A stretch of 64,000 nucleotides of DNA from Chiloscyllium plagiosum (GCF_004010195.1 NC_057757.1:6650985-6714984), one strand, 5' to 3'. Numbered from the stretch's first letter, positions 52,685-64,000 are shown. A program made the numbers and translations. Notes: a model not told the origin generated them from the letters alone.

Positions 52685-53210
52685 TAGAATCATAGAATCT
52701 CTACATTGTGGAAGCAGGCTATTCGGCCCATCAAGTCCACAACGACCCTTCGAAGAGCATCCCACCTGGACTCACCCCGCCCTACCCTATCCCTGTAATC
52801 GGTTGGTGGCACAATGGCATGGTGGCTCAGTGGGGGCCGGCATGGTGGCTCAGTGGTTAGCACTGTTGCCTCATGGCACCAGGGACCCAGGTTCGATTCC
52901 CGCCTCGGGCAACTATCTTTGTGGAATTTCCACCCACAGTCCAAAGATGTACAGGTCAGGCCATGCTAAATTGCCCATAGTGTTAGGTGCATTAGTCAGA
53001 GGGAAATGGGCCTGGGTGGCTTACTCTTCGGAGGGTCAGTTTGGACTTGTTGGGCCGAAGGGCCTGTTTCCACACAGTAGGGAATCTAATCCTGCATTTC
53101 CGATGGCCAAGCCACCTAGCCTGCATATCCCTGGACACTATGGGGCTAATCCACCCTAACCCGCACATAAATGGACTGTGGGAGTAAACCGGAGCACTCG
53201 CAGGAAACTA
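52685..53210. mobile_element. HE1-like SINE (minus) with a second HE1-like SINE (plus, about 52800-53090) nested inside
   Basis: The minus copy resumes at TAATCCTGCATTTCC after the inserted copy; the head of the inserted copy is reiterated. Confidence 0.8.
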
Positions 53211-53699
53211 GACCAGTGCCGATGATTACGTTGGGTTGTGGGACTGGAGGAGATTATAGGGATTGGGGGCAGGCAAGGCCAGGGCATAGCTGAAAATGAG
53301 GATTTAGAAATCGAGACATTGCTCAACCAGGAGCCAATTAAATGCCGGTCACCACAGAGATGATAGGGGAAATGAGCCTTGGAGCGAATAAGGAAAAGGG
53401 CAGCATTATCTTGGATGAACTTGAATTCCAGGAGGGAAGAAAGCGGAAGGACTGTGTTGGGATGGTCAAGTCCAGGAGTGACAAAGGCATGGACGAGAGT
53501 TTCAGCAGCAGATGAGTCAGACGATACTACAGAGGTGGAAATACAGGACCTTTAGCAGCTTGATTCTGGTGTGGGTCTAGAATGTACAGCCTTCTGACTA
53601 ATAATTCCACCGACTAAGGCAAGCCAAAGGGTGCAGTAAATGAAAACATGAAGGGTTTTCACAGAGGATAATAACAAATAAGTGGCTGAGTGGGTTGGC

Positions 53700-54590
53700 A
53701 ACCAAGGGGACACAAAACTAGGTGGGAGGGCATGTCGTGATGAAGGCATGGGAATCTGAAAAGGTTCTAGATAGGTTGAGTGAGTGGGAAAGAACTTGGC
53801 AGATGGGGTTAATGCGAGAAAGTGTGAGTTCATTACCTTCGCAGGAAGAATACAAGGGCTGTTGAAAATGGAGAGAGTGCCCAAAAGAAAATGCAGGGGG
53901 ATCTGGGTGCATCATACTCAAAACGTTAGCATGCAGGTGAAGCAAGTATTTGAGAAAGCAAATTGAATTTATCAATTGGGGCTTGGAGTTTAAAAATGGG
54001 GAAGTCTTCTTGCAACTTTACCGGGGAGGGCGGAGGTGAGGTCGCAGCTGGAGTATTATATACAGTTTTGGACCCTGTATGTGAGCAAGGATATAATGGC
54101 ATTACAGACACTTTGAAAGAGAAACACTAGGCCAATTACTAGGCTCAAGGGGTTCACTTATCAAGAATGGCTGAACATGTCAGGCCTTTATTCATTGGAA
54201 GAATGGAGTTGGGGCAGGGTGATCTTATTGAAATATACCCGATTCTGAAGGGGCCTGACAGTGCAGAGATATAAGGAAAATGTTTCCACTAGTGGGGGAG
54301 TCTCAAACTCATTTGAAACTGACATGAGAAGGAATTTCTTCCCTCAGAGAGTTAGTGAATGTCTGGCATTCTCTAGCCCAGAGAGTTGTGGAGGCTAGAG
54401 TAATACTAGTAATTGGAAGTACTTTAAAAGGAGGCAGATAAAATTAAGATTAGGGGATATCTGGGAGTTTAGAGTTCTGAGGAGCTGACACAAAAGAAGG
54501 GTTGAGGGGGGATAGATCAGACTTAATGTAATTGATTGGCGGGACAGGCATGAGAGGGTCAGTGTCCGACTCATGTTCCTATTTCTTACG
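53700..54590 (+). mobile_element. Old CR1 3' fragment
   Basis: Degenerate RT C-terminal motifs and tail. Confidence 0.65.
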
Positions 54591-54945
54591 ATCTTCAACC
54601 ATTTAGGGTGAGGAAAACATTTTTTAAGTAGCGTTATTCTACGCAGGAACACATCGCCTGAAAGGTGATAGAAGCAGGCTCAGCAGGAGCCTGCAACCCC
54701 TTTCCCCAAATTGGATAGAAATTGCAGGAGAGAAAATTCCAGGGATACAGTGAAAAGAGCTGGGGTGCTGGACTAATAGGATAGCACCTTCAAACTACAG
54801 CAGTGGTACGACGTGCCAAATAGCCTCCTTCTGCATTTCGCTGCATCTTAAAACCAGCAGGAGGTGGGCGGCAAAAATGAATGGAGGCGTATAAAAAGAA
54901 ACAGGAACGGTTGTGACCACTGTAAAGAAATATTGATGAGCTCAC

Positions 54946-55066
54946 CACGGGTACCCAAACTGCTTTGCCCACACTATAGAACCAGGAACCAGCTCAGCAT
55001 AAATAACGTCATTCTCTCTTCCATCCCAGACCTCCTCTGGCAGGTCGCACATATTGTACAGAGGGT
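54946..55066 (-). CDS. ZCWPW1: ZCWPW1 exon: end of zf-CW and start of PWWP, (D)PLYNMCDLPEEVWDGRENDVIYAELVPGSIVWAKQFGYP(W)
   Basis: Acceptor gttgcag, donor gtgag; 121 nt, phase 1 to 2; fourth Zn ligand Cys, PEExW motif and GSIVWAKxxGYPW PWWP start. Confidence 0.93.
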
Positions 55067-55452
55067 CTGCAACACACAGTTCAACAACATTATTCAAAAT
55101 AACATCATTTGACTGAGCAAGCACCTGCGATTGCAACCAGGACATTGTCTTCCCTTCATGACAGAAAAATACAGCAAACTTTGTTTTAACTGGCACTTTA
55201 CGAACCAACACTTGAGAAGCCTGCAAAATATATGTACCTCAAATACCATGAAGTTTACTGTATTATTGTGAGCCACCACCAGGTGCGAATAGTCAGTTGA
55301 GGGTGCGACTGAAAAGGCTCTCTGTTGGTAAGCTTTATTTATGGAAACGTTGCATTATTATTTAAGTGATGTACATACTCCCCAGATTATGTTTCTGTTT
55401 CTCAGTTTGTATTTTTACATTCATTATGTGGACCTTTTGATTGTCCGGTAGA

Positions 55453-55659
55453 CAGTCAGTTCTTCTATAATGCGATAGTTGCGTTCTTGTGCAACCCTGT
55501 GTTATCAAAAAATGGTACTTTAGAGACAGCGCTTAAAGTGTTGCCGATGTAATCACGTAACGTGTTAAAAGCTCACGGGGTAGAAACACCATCCCTAATT
55601 CGTCAATCGCACCGCAGTGAATTTGCGTTAATGAAATGCACTTTATAGCAGAATGACTG
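55453..55659. mobile_element. Tigger/pogo-like MITE
   Basis: Imperfect terminal inverted repeats CAGTCAGTTCTTCTATAATG ... CTTTATAGCAGAATGACTG; no ORF. Confidence 0.55.
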
Positions 55660-57659
55660 ATATTTGATCGCACTCCTGGTCTCATAGATGCCAGTTAATA
55701 AAAGGTTCGCTGTGTCACATTTATAAAGCGAATCCCTAATCTCCTCAGTTGAGGACTGACTCTGAGCCGGCTGGCCACGTCCAGAGTATTACTGTGGGAA
55801 AAAGTCCTCTTGGTCTGGGGAATAAAAAGAAAAACAAAGCAAACAAAAAAAAAGGCAATTTCCATTACCGCCCATATCTTAAGACCCTTTATGTACAGTT
55901 TTTAAACAAACTGTTCATCTGCTGGTGTTGTTGATATCATTTGTTTCCCGCCCCTAATTTGCTGGGCCATTTCAGAGGGTAGTTAAGGGTCAGCCACGTT
56001 GGAAATGGGTCTGGAGTTGCATGCATGCCATACTGGGTAAAGATAGCAGTTTGTCCTCTCTAAAGGGCATTAGAGTCATGTGGTCATAGGGATGGAAACA
56101 CACTCTTCAGTCCAACTCATCCATGCCAACCAAATTTTGTAGTTTTGGACTCCCCTACCCTGGGGATCTTGACTATTCACCCTCATGATTTTATAAACCT
56201 CTATAAAGTCACCCCCTCAATGCACCAGGGAAAATAGCCCCAGCCTATTCAGTCTCTCTCTATAGTTCAAACCCTCTAACCCTGCTAACAATCTTTTCTG
56301 AACCCTTTCAAGTTTCACAGCATCTTTCCTGTAGCAGGGGGACCAGAACTGAACTCAGCATTCCAAACGTGACTTCACCAATGTCCTGCATTGATGAACC
56401 AGGTGGGTTCTGATGCAAATTGCTAGTAGTTTCATGGGGATGGATAGCATAGGTGGGGGTGGACTGCTCCCCTTCCTGACTGAAAAGTGTGACAGAAGCC
56501 TGGCAGCAATAACATGGCAGATGACAAGGGCAGACTCATTGGGGATCCGACCTAACAGGCCAGCAACTCCAGCTCATGTAGGCTACTGCAGCCAGACCCA
56601 TGAAGGGGACATCACAGACCCTGGGGCAATGCAAACTCCAGGATAGCATGGCAGGGCGAGGTGGGAGCATGGGGCAAACTTAGGGAGTGGGGCAACAAGA
56701 GTTGGGGGTTGGAGCGGTGCAGAGCAGGTCAGTAGGAAGGAAGTGGGGGCAAGAGCGATTGCTACTATCTTCAGGGATACACAAAACAGCATCCCAGAAT
56801 GAAGTACTCCTGCTTTCTTGACAGCCTTGTAAAAACCTATGTTTGAAAAGCAGGCTGCCCACAGCAACCCCAACTATTTATCCACCTACCCGAAATCCGA
56901 AACCCTCTGTATTGTGGGCTTCGAGCCCGAGGGTGGGCAGGTAGTGGGTTGGGCATCCATTGTTGTTTTCTAGTCCCACCCGCCAATCACGTACCTGGCA
57001 GAGGCATGTGATTGTAGCCTGTGGTCACCTTCACCAAGGCCAGCTTCCGATTCCGGATTGATTAATGGGATTTAAATTCCGACAGCCACAGGCGGAGGAT
57101 TTGAAAGCACACCGCACGGAGGTCCCACACATGCCAACACTTCAACATCCGGTTTCGGAAGTCGCTCTGGCAAGAATATTTATGAGGGAACTTTGGCAGT
57201 AGCCCAGTGCCGTTATCACTGCAGCATCAACACCTCCGAAAGGTAAAGCACTTTTTGAAATATGCTCATGTTTCTTCTTATTCATTCAAGGGAGGGGGGG
57301 GCGTCACTGTCTGCGGCAGCATTTATTGTCCATCCCTAATTGCCCAGAGGGCAACCACATTGCTGTGGATCTGGAGTCACATGTAGGCTAGACCAGGTAA
57401 GGATGACAGCTTCCTTCCCTAAAGGATATGAGCAAACCAGATGGGCTTTTGTGGTAATTGATAACAGCCTTCATTAACTGCAGATCATAGACATTCCTTG
57501 AATTCAAATTCTACCATCTGCTATGGCGGGATTTGAACCTGTTCCCCAGAGCATTACCTGGATCTCTGGATTAACAGTCCAGCGATAATACCACTAGACC
57601 ATCGCCTCCCCTGATGCAGCATAGGAAAGGGGCTGCCATGTGCACACAGCAGATGACCA

Positions 57660-57800
57660 GTGCATTTTTATTTCAGCAATTCTGGTTGAGGGATAAATAT
57701 TGGACAACGTACAACAGATAGAGCCTGTAGCTCTTATCCCTAAAATGCCATGGGATCTTCCAAGACCACCAGAGAGAGCCAGAATGGTTTCATGTGATGA
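57660..57800 (-). mobile_element. Degenerate Deu-domain SINE remnant (SacSINE1/AmnSINE-like)
   Basis: GTTGAGGGATAAATATTGG...TGCCATGGGATCTT resembles the Deu domain as I recall it. Confidence 0.45.
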
Positions 57801-57959
57801 CACAAACGAATGGTCGATTTAGACAATCTTAAACCAACCATCCAAGATTAAAAATAACATAGGTCTCATCTCAGATATTCTGTCCAAATCTGGATACTGC
57901 ATTTTAGTAAGGATGTCAGTGCTTTGACGGAGAGGGTGGAGAGGAAATTGGTTCCAGTG

Positions 57960-58450
57960 TCATAGAGAGGAAACAGACCCTTCGGTCCAACTCATGCATG
58001 CTGACCAGATATCTTACATAAATCGAGTCCCAATTGCCATCACTTGGTCCATATCCCTCCAAATCCTTCCTATTCATGTATCCATCCAGATGCCTTTTAA
58101 ATGCTGTAATTGTACCAGCCTCTACCACTTCCTCTGGCAGCTCATTCCATACACGCACCACCTTCTGCCTGAAAAAGTTACCCTTTAGGTCCCTTCTAAA
58201 TCTTTTCCCCTTTCACCTTCAACCAATGCCCTCTAGTTTTGGACTCCCCCAACCCCGGGGGAAATGACCTTGTCTATTCACCTTATCCGTGCCCCTCATG
58301 ATTTTGTAAACCTCTATAGAGTCACCCCTCAGCCTCTAATGTTCCAGGGAAAAATAGCTCTTGTGCTGTTCAGCCTCTCCCTGTAGCTCAAACCCCCCAA
58401 CCCTGGTAACAATCTTGTAAATCTTTTCTGAACCTTTTCAAGTTTCACAG
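57960..58450 (-). mobile_element. CR1 3' fragment; a similar one lies at about 56075-56390
   Basis: VWNELPEEVVEAGTITAFKRHLDGYMN motif. Confidence 0.88.
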
Positions 58451-59113
58451 CATCTATGGGTGAGGGATCCCAGCTATGTGGAGAGTCTGGAGATTATTCT
58501 CCTTGGAGCTAAGGGAAAAGGCTATGGGTGGGGGAGGATAGATTTAATATAGAGATGTTCAGGAGTTTTCGAATGAGTAATTTAAGAGAAACTGTTTCCT
58601 CCTGACAAGGAAAGTCAGTAATCAGAGGAACCAGATTTAGGGGAAGTGGCAAAAGAGCTGGAGGGCAGGTGAGGAGAATGTTTCAGCGTAGTGACTTGTT
58701 ATGATCAGGAAAATGCAGCCTGAAAATGGAACGAAGGCAAATTGAATTAGTACTTTTAAAATAGATCTGAGGAGATGCTTAAAGATTTGCAGGGCTATTG
58801 CAGAAAGAACAGAATGGATAGTGTACTATGAACGGTTCAACACAAATACGATGACCTCCGTGTGTGCTGCATTAGTCAATGTGACCTTGAATGAACCCAA
58901 GAGTTTTTGCCTTCAATATCATACCTAGGTCAAAACATTTTCAGAATTCTTATGAAAATTCTTGCATTCATTTTTTAATTTGAATTTGAATCTCTAGGGT
59001 CTCTCGTTCACCCAGCTTAACAACATTGCTTGGAGGCGCCGGTGTTGGACTGGGGTGGACACAGTTAAAAATCACAAAACACCAGGTTATAGTCCAAAAG
59101 GTTTATTTGGAAG

Positions 59114-59148
59114 CACTAGCTTTCGGAGCGACGCTCCTTCATCAGGTG
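59114..59148 (-). ncRNA. Minimal type I hammerhead ribozyme motif in a PLE pLTR (best-preserved copy)
   Basis: Minus strand: CAC-CUGAUGA-A-GGAGC-GUC-GCUCC-GAAAG-CUA/GUG; stem I CAC:GUG, 5-bp stem II, loopless stem III; activity not shown. Confidence 0.7.
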
Positions 59149-59333
59149 GTTGTCCTTAACAGCTTGACAACAACAGCCTGCATTTATTTATCACCTTTAA
59201 CGCGGGAAATGTTCCCACTGCGCTATGACAATAATAGTTAAAATTGATTCAGTAATGACCTTCAGCTGACTGTGCCTCCTGTGGAAGACAGACTAGTCGG
59301 AGCAATAGCATAATTGTTTTTACTTCTCGGTAC

Positions 59334-59450
59334 CTGGATTCTGACTGCACACCCAGTCATCTGGCAGAGTCGCTGGATCCACATTGTCTTCCAAACGTCT
59401 CCATTTCCCACACTTTTCCTTGCTGCACTGAACCCAGGAGACATATTTAT
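59334..59450 (-). CDS. ZCWPW1: ZCWPW1 exon (first one seen): zf-CW domain, (D)KYVSWVQCSKEKCGKWRRLEDNVDPATLPDDWVCSQNP
   Basis: Classic WVQC-x4-C-x-KWR zf-CW signature; acceptor tttccag, donor gtaccg; 117 nt, phase 1 to 1; closely resembles human ZCWPW1 WVQCSFPNCGKWRRL as I recall it. Confidence 0.93.
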
Positions 59451-59619
59451 CTGGAAAGGAAACAAAGTGCGCGGATCGGTGAAGGCCACTTTCAGTAAAC
59501 AATCATGTTTGCCCATGAGCAAGGAAACTAGCGATTGAGTTAATAACAGCTACAGTTCCTCTGGCTGCCCTGCCGCTGGCGCAGGACTTTACAAAGCCCA
59601 CGTGACATTTTGACAACTC

Positions 59620-59960
59620 GTGGAATTCCTACAGTGTGGAAGCAGGCCATTCGGCACACTGAGTCCACGGTGCCCCTGTGAAGAGCATTTCCGCCCAGAC
59701 CCAGCCCACCATCCTATTCCTGTAACCTTGCATTTCCCATGGCTAATCTACCCAGCCTGCACATCCCTGGACACCATGGGCAATTTAGCATGGCCCATCC
59801 ACTCGAACCTGCACATCTTTGGACTGTGGGAGGAAACTGGAACTCCCTGAGGAAACCCATGCAGACAGGGGGAGAAGGGCACCCGCCTGAGAGTGGAATC
59901 AAACCCTGATCCCTAGCACTGTGAGGCAGCAGTGCTCCAAACCGAGTCACCATATCGCCC
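59620..59960 (-). mobile_element. HE1-like SINE
   Basis: Core and tail recognisable. Confidence 0.82.
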
Positions 59961-60272
59961 CCCAATTGTTGGCCCACTGTAAGAATTAGCAAGGTTTCTT
60001 CTTCAAGATGAAAGAAAGGGAGGGAGATAGGAAGGCAAATCTGGCCTGACAAGGCACAGCCAACTTTCAGCTTTGGCAAAGACCTGAAAACAAGGTCACC
60101 CACCCGCCAGAGGTCTTAAAGGATGAGGACTGTTGGCTGACACAGGAGACACAGCACTTAAAGAAACAACAAATGACAAGCATCCCTACAGCAATTAAAT
60201 GCAGCAAAACGTCCCAAGACAACTCGACAAATTAACAGTCCAGTTATTATCACTGGACTGTTAATCCAGAGG

Positions 60273-60455
60273 GAAGAAAGTGAGGACTGTAGATGCTGGA
60301 GATCAGAGTCGAAAAGTGTGGCACTGGAAAAGCACAGCTGGTCAGGCAGCATCCGAGGAGCAGGAGAGTTGCGGTTTCAAGCATGAGCTCTTCATCAGCT
60401 CCTGCTCCTCAGAAGCTGCCTGACCGGCTGTGCTTTTCCAGCACCACACTTTTCA
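60273..60455. mobile_element. Fold-back PLE pLTR mini-insertion inside a SINE
   Basis: Inverted arms; exact 16-bp flanking duplication ACTGTTAATCCAGAGG. Confidence 0.85.
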
Positions 60456-60929
60456 ACTGTTAATCCAGAGGCCCAATTAAGGTTTGAATCTTGTCCCAGC
60501 AGATGGTAGAATTTGAATTCAATAAAAGTCTGGAATTAAGACTCTAATGATAACCATTGTCAGGGCAAAGCTTGCTTGCTCATGTCTTTTAGGGAGGGAA
60601 ACTGCCGTCCTTACCTGGTCTGGCCTACACGTGACTCCACACCCATATCTTATCCATTCTCTAGGCAATTAGGGTTGGGCAGTAAATACTGGCATAGTCA
60701 GTAATGCTCTCAACCAGTAAATGAATTAAAAATTTAACACTGAGCCTAGGTCTGGGTGGGATACTCTTTGGAGTGTCGGTATGGACTTGTTGGGCCAATT
60801 AGCCTGTTTCAACACTGTAGAGGATTCTATGATTTCTGATATGAACTACAAAAGGCAACATTAGGACAGGTAACCAAAAAATGTGATCACACAGGTAGAT
60901 ATGAGGGAGCTGTGTTGTAAAGGAGAGGA

Positions 60930-61355
60930 GGTTTGAGTTATAAGGAGAGGCTGGATAGACTGGGAATTTTTTCACTGGAGTGTAGGAGGTTGAGGGGTAA
61001 CCTTACAGAGGTTTGTAAAATCATGAGGGGCATAGATATGGCATTGTCTTTTCCCAAGGGTAAGGGATTTCAAGTCTAGGGGTATATTTTTACAGTGAGA
61101 GGAGAAAGATTTAAAAAAAGACATGAGAGGCAACTTTTTTTACACAGAGAGCATTTCAAGTGTGGAATGAACTTCCTGAGGAAGTGGTGGATGCAGGTAC
61201 AGTTACAACCTTTAAAAGACATTTAGGTAAGTACAGAAATGTTTGGAAGGATATGGGCCACGCGCAGCCAGGTGGGACGAGTTAAGTTTGGGATTATGGT
61301 CGGCATGGACTGGTTGGATTGAAGGGTCTGTTTCCATGCTGTATGATTCTATGAC
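60930..61355 (+). mobile_element. CR1 3' fragment
   Basis: Same family as 38115; TTCTATG tail. Confidence 0.85.
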
Positions 61356-62314
61356 TCTAGCTAGAGGAACAGGAGAGGTTTAAGGAGAAAATTCCAAAGC
61401 TTGGGTCTTGAAGATACAGTGGCCAATCTGCAGCAGTGAAACAAGTATCCCAAGAGCCCAATAAGCTTCTCATTGAAGGCTGTTCATGTAATATTGTAAC
61501 ATGGATGCATTGCACACACATTACTTGACTGCAACACTTGGGAACTCCTCTCTTCTTTTCTCTGTTTTCCGTGATGCAATATGTCACACCACAACAGATA
61601 AGGTAATTAGCCTTGGACACAAAGGACCATAGGCATCTCACTCCATGAGAGAGAGAGAAAGACATTTATTTGTACAATACTCCAAACATGGGACAAGTTA
61701 AGCAGCGGGTCTGCATGAGCTACCTCGGACAGTGCAACGCTGGAACTAGCACCTTTGGCATTTTCCTGCACCAGACTCTACTCAACTGAGCTATCCACCC
61801 CACACGCAGAGTTAATCTAGCACTTGGTTTCTGGTGGCATAACTTACGTGACCTAAGACGTATGCATAAGGCGTTCTGCTTTATTCGAAAGTGCAAAGCC
61901 TTTTATTTGAGTTGTAAGTAAAAGTTATGCAGTGCAGTTTGCTTTGTGCACTTTTGTTTTAAAGATGATACCCCTCATCCTTCAAGGAAGGAAACTGTTC
62001 TCCGAATTTATAATGCCTGGCGACTTCCTTCCTGATGCCCTAACAACATGTCAGTGAGCCGGAACAAAAGCGGGCAGAACCACACTCAAGTGGTCACATT
62101 CACATTTGCACACTGACGAGTCGTAAGGGAAAAGGCAGACCGGTGAGAAATTCAGTTCGTAAAAACAAAATAAGAGTGCATGTTGCCCTTTCCTTGTGCT
62201 CATAAATCAGTGGAAGGTAGTTAAAAGAGACTAGTCCTCCACTCTAAAGTGTTTGCCTTTTTTAATTTGGCCAAAAAACAGCAAGCTAATTTTTGCTGCA
62301 ATGGTACTACACTC

Positions 62315-62334
62315 CTGCCAGCAGATGGCTGTGC
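62315..62334 (+). promoter_or_regulatory. CTCF-like motif
   Basis: GCCAGCAGATGGCTG matches the CCASYAGRKGGC consensus in non-repeat sequence; motif match only. Confidence 0.3.
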
Positions 62335-62834
62335 TTCTGTATGAAATGGTTTGTTGTTTTGTTCAGAGAAGTGTTCTGACTTCTGGCCTAAGTCCTGCTT
62401 ACAGCAGGGGTAAAACTGGTTTAGTTACAACCGCGGGCTGGGGTTTTGTCAGCTGTGCTTCATGTTATAGAACATATAGAACACATAACATTACAGCGCA
62501 GTACAGGCTCTTCGGCCCTCGATGTTGCACAGACCAGTGAAACCAATCTGAAGCCCATCTAACCTTCAATTATCATCCATATGTTTATGATACATCTGTC
62601 AATGAGTATTGTAATTGGTCTTCAAGAAACATGCTCATGATATCATCACTACGTCCTGAGGTTACCAAAGATCTGTCTCCATCTTACCTCGGATCACCTG
62701 AAACAGGTCACTACTGGGAACACGTACTTGTTGTAACCTCTAGGTTATTCACTACACTACAGATCTTGGAGACTTCACCTACTTGCGTTGTTGAATCTAT
62801 AGTGATGTAGTGGCAGAGTCCCCTATTACAAATG

Positions 62835-63110
62835 ATAGAGCAGGGTGGGGAGAAAGTAGCAAAGAGTACAATAGGCGAGTGGGGGAGGGGATGAAGGTGA
62901 TAGGTCGGGGGGGGGGACGGTGGAGTAGATAGGTGGAAAAGAAGATAGACAGGTAGGACAAGTCATGTGGACAGTGCTGAGCTGGAAGTTTGGAACCGGA
63001 GTGAGGTGGGGGAAGGAGAAATGAAGAAACTGTTGAAGTCCACATTGATGCCCTGGGGTTGAAGTGTTCCGAGGCGGAAGATGAGGTGTTCTTCCTCCAG
63101 GCGTCTGGTT
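62835..63110 (-). mobile_element. PLE 3' fragment
   Basis: Similar to the 10400-10640 and 25350-25600 PLE sequence. Confidence 0.78.
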
Positions 63111-63259
63111 GCTGTGTGACCTGCTTACAGTAGGGTCATAGAATCCCCGCAGTGTGGCAGCAGGCCATTCAGCCCAACAAGTCCACACCAACTCTCTGAA
63201 GAGCATTCCACCCAAACACAATCCCATTCCAGTAACCCTGAATTTCCCACTGTCACTCG

Positions 63260-63810
63260 ATGTTGCGCCGATCAGTGAAACCAAGCTAAAGTCCATCTAA
63301 CCTACACTATTCCATCATCCATATGGTTATCCAAGGACCAATTAAATGTCCTTAAAGTTGACGAGTCCACTCCTGTTGCAGGCAGGGCATTCCATGCCCT
63401 TACTACCCTCTGAGTAAAGAACCTACCTCTGACATCTGTCCTATTTCTGTCACCCCTCAATTTAAAGCTATATCCCCTCATGCTAGCCATCACCATTTGA
63501 AGAAAAAAAGGCCCTCACTGTCCACCCTATGATCATCTTGTATATCTCTATTAAGTAACCTCTTAACCTTATTCTCTCTAACGAAAACAGCCTCAAGACC
63601 CTAAGCCTTTCCTCATAAGACCTTACTTTCATACCAGGCAACATCCTGGTAAATCTCCTCTGAACTCTTTCCAAAGCTTCCACATCCTTCCGAGAATGCG
63701 GTGACCAGAACTGTACACAATGCTCCAAGTGCGGCCACACCAGAGTTTTGTACAGCTGCAACATGACCTCATGGCTCCGAAACTCAATCCCTCTACCAAT
63801 AAAAGCTAAA
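63260..63810 (-). mobile_element. CR1 3' fragment, same subfamily as the 14560 element; an HE1-like SINE follows (about 63850-64000)
   Basis: LYKTLVWPHLEHCVQFWSPH motif. Confidence 0.88.
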
Positions 63811-64000
63811 CCAAATGGTTAATCCATCTAGCCTGCCCATTATAGGATAATTTCCCGTAGCCAATCCACCTAAGCTGCGCATTCCTGGTCACTACGGGAC
63901 AATTTAACATAGTCAATCCACCCTAGCCTGCACATCTTCGGACTGCGGGAGGAAACCCATGCAGACACGGGGAGAACGTGCAAACTCCACACAGCCAGTC

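Noticed and set aside
52488..53159. 223-aa ORF
   Set aside because: Chance read-through of nested SINEs; similar peptides recur at every SINE copy

Overview
Eukaryotic, repeat-dense vertebrate DNA. The HE1/V-SINE-like SINEs, CR1-clade LINEs and Penelope-like elements suggest a cartilaginous fish, probably a shark (inference). The only gene I can support well is a minus-strand ZCWPW1 orthologue. Ten GT-AG exons between 59450 and the stop at 9464 splice into one open frame of 1235 nt encoding a zf-CW domain, a PWWP domain and an acidic C-terminus; its 5' exons were not found and probably lie beyond the window. The left end has a GC-rich promoter/first-exon-like patch next to a ~1.8 kb polarised minisatellite. 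The introns hold a near full-length but decayed CR1 LINE, many CR1 and Rex/Babar 3' fragments, three SINE types, a solo LTR, a MITE and many Penelope-like element (PLE) pieces. The most interesting signal is in the PLE pieces. At least four sequence families carry minimal hammerhead-ribozyme cores (CUGANGA-N-stem II-GAAA-NNUH). Several occur as short fold-back mini-insertions with 14-16 bp flanking duplications, and their inversion points cluster near the predicted cleavage site. There are three N gaps (about 370-470, 10644-10799, 31965-32033). Repeat coordinates are approximate and family names come from recognition, not from a database search.
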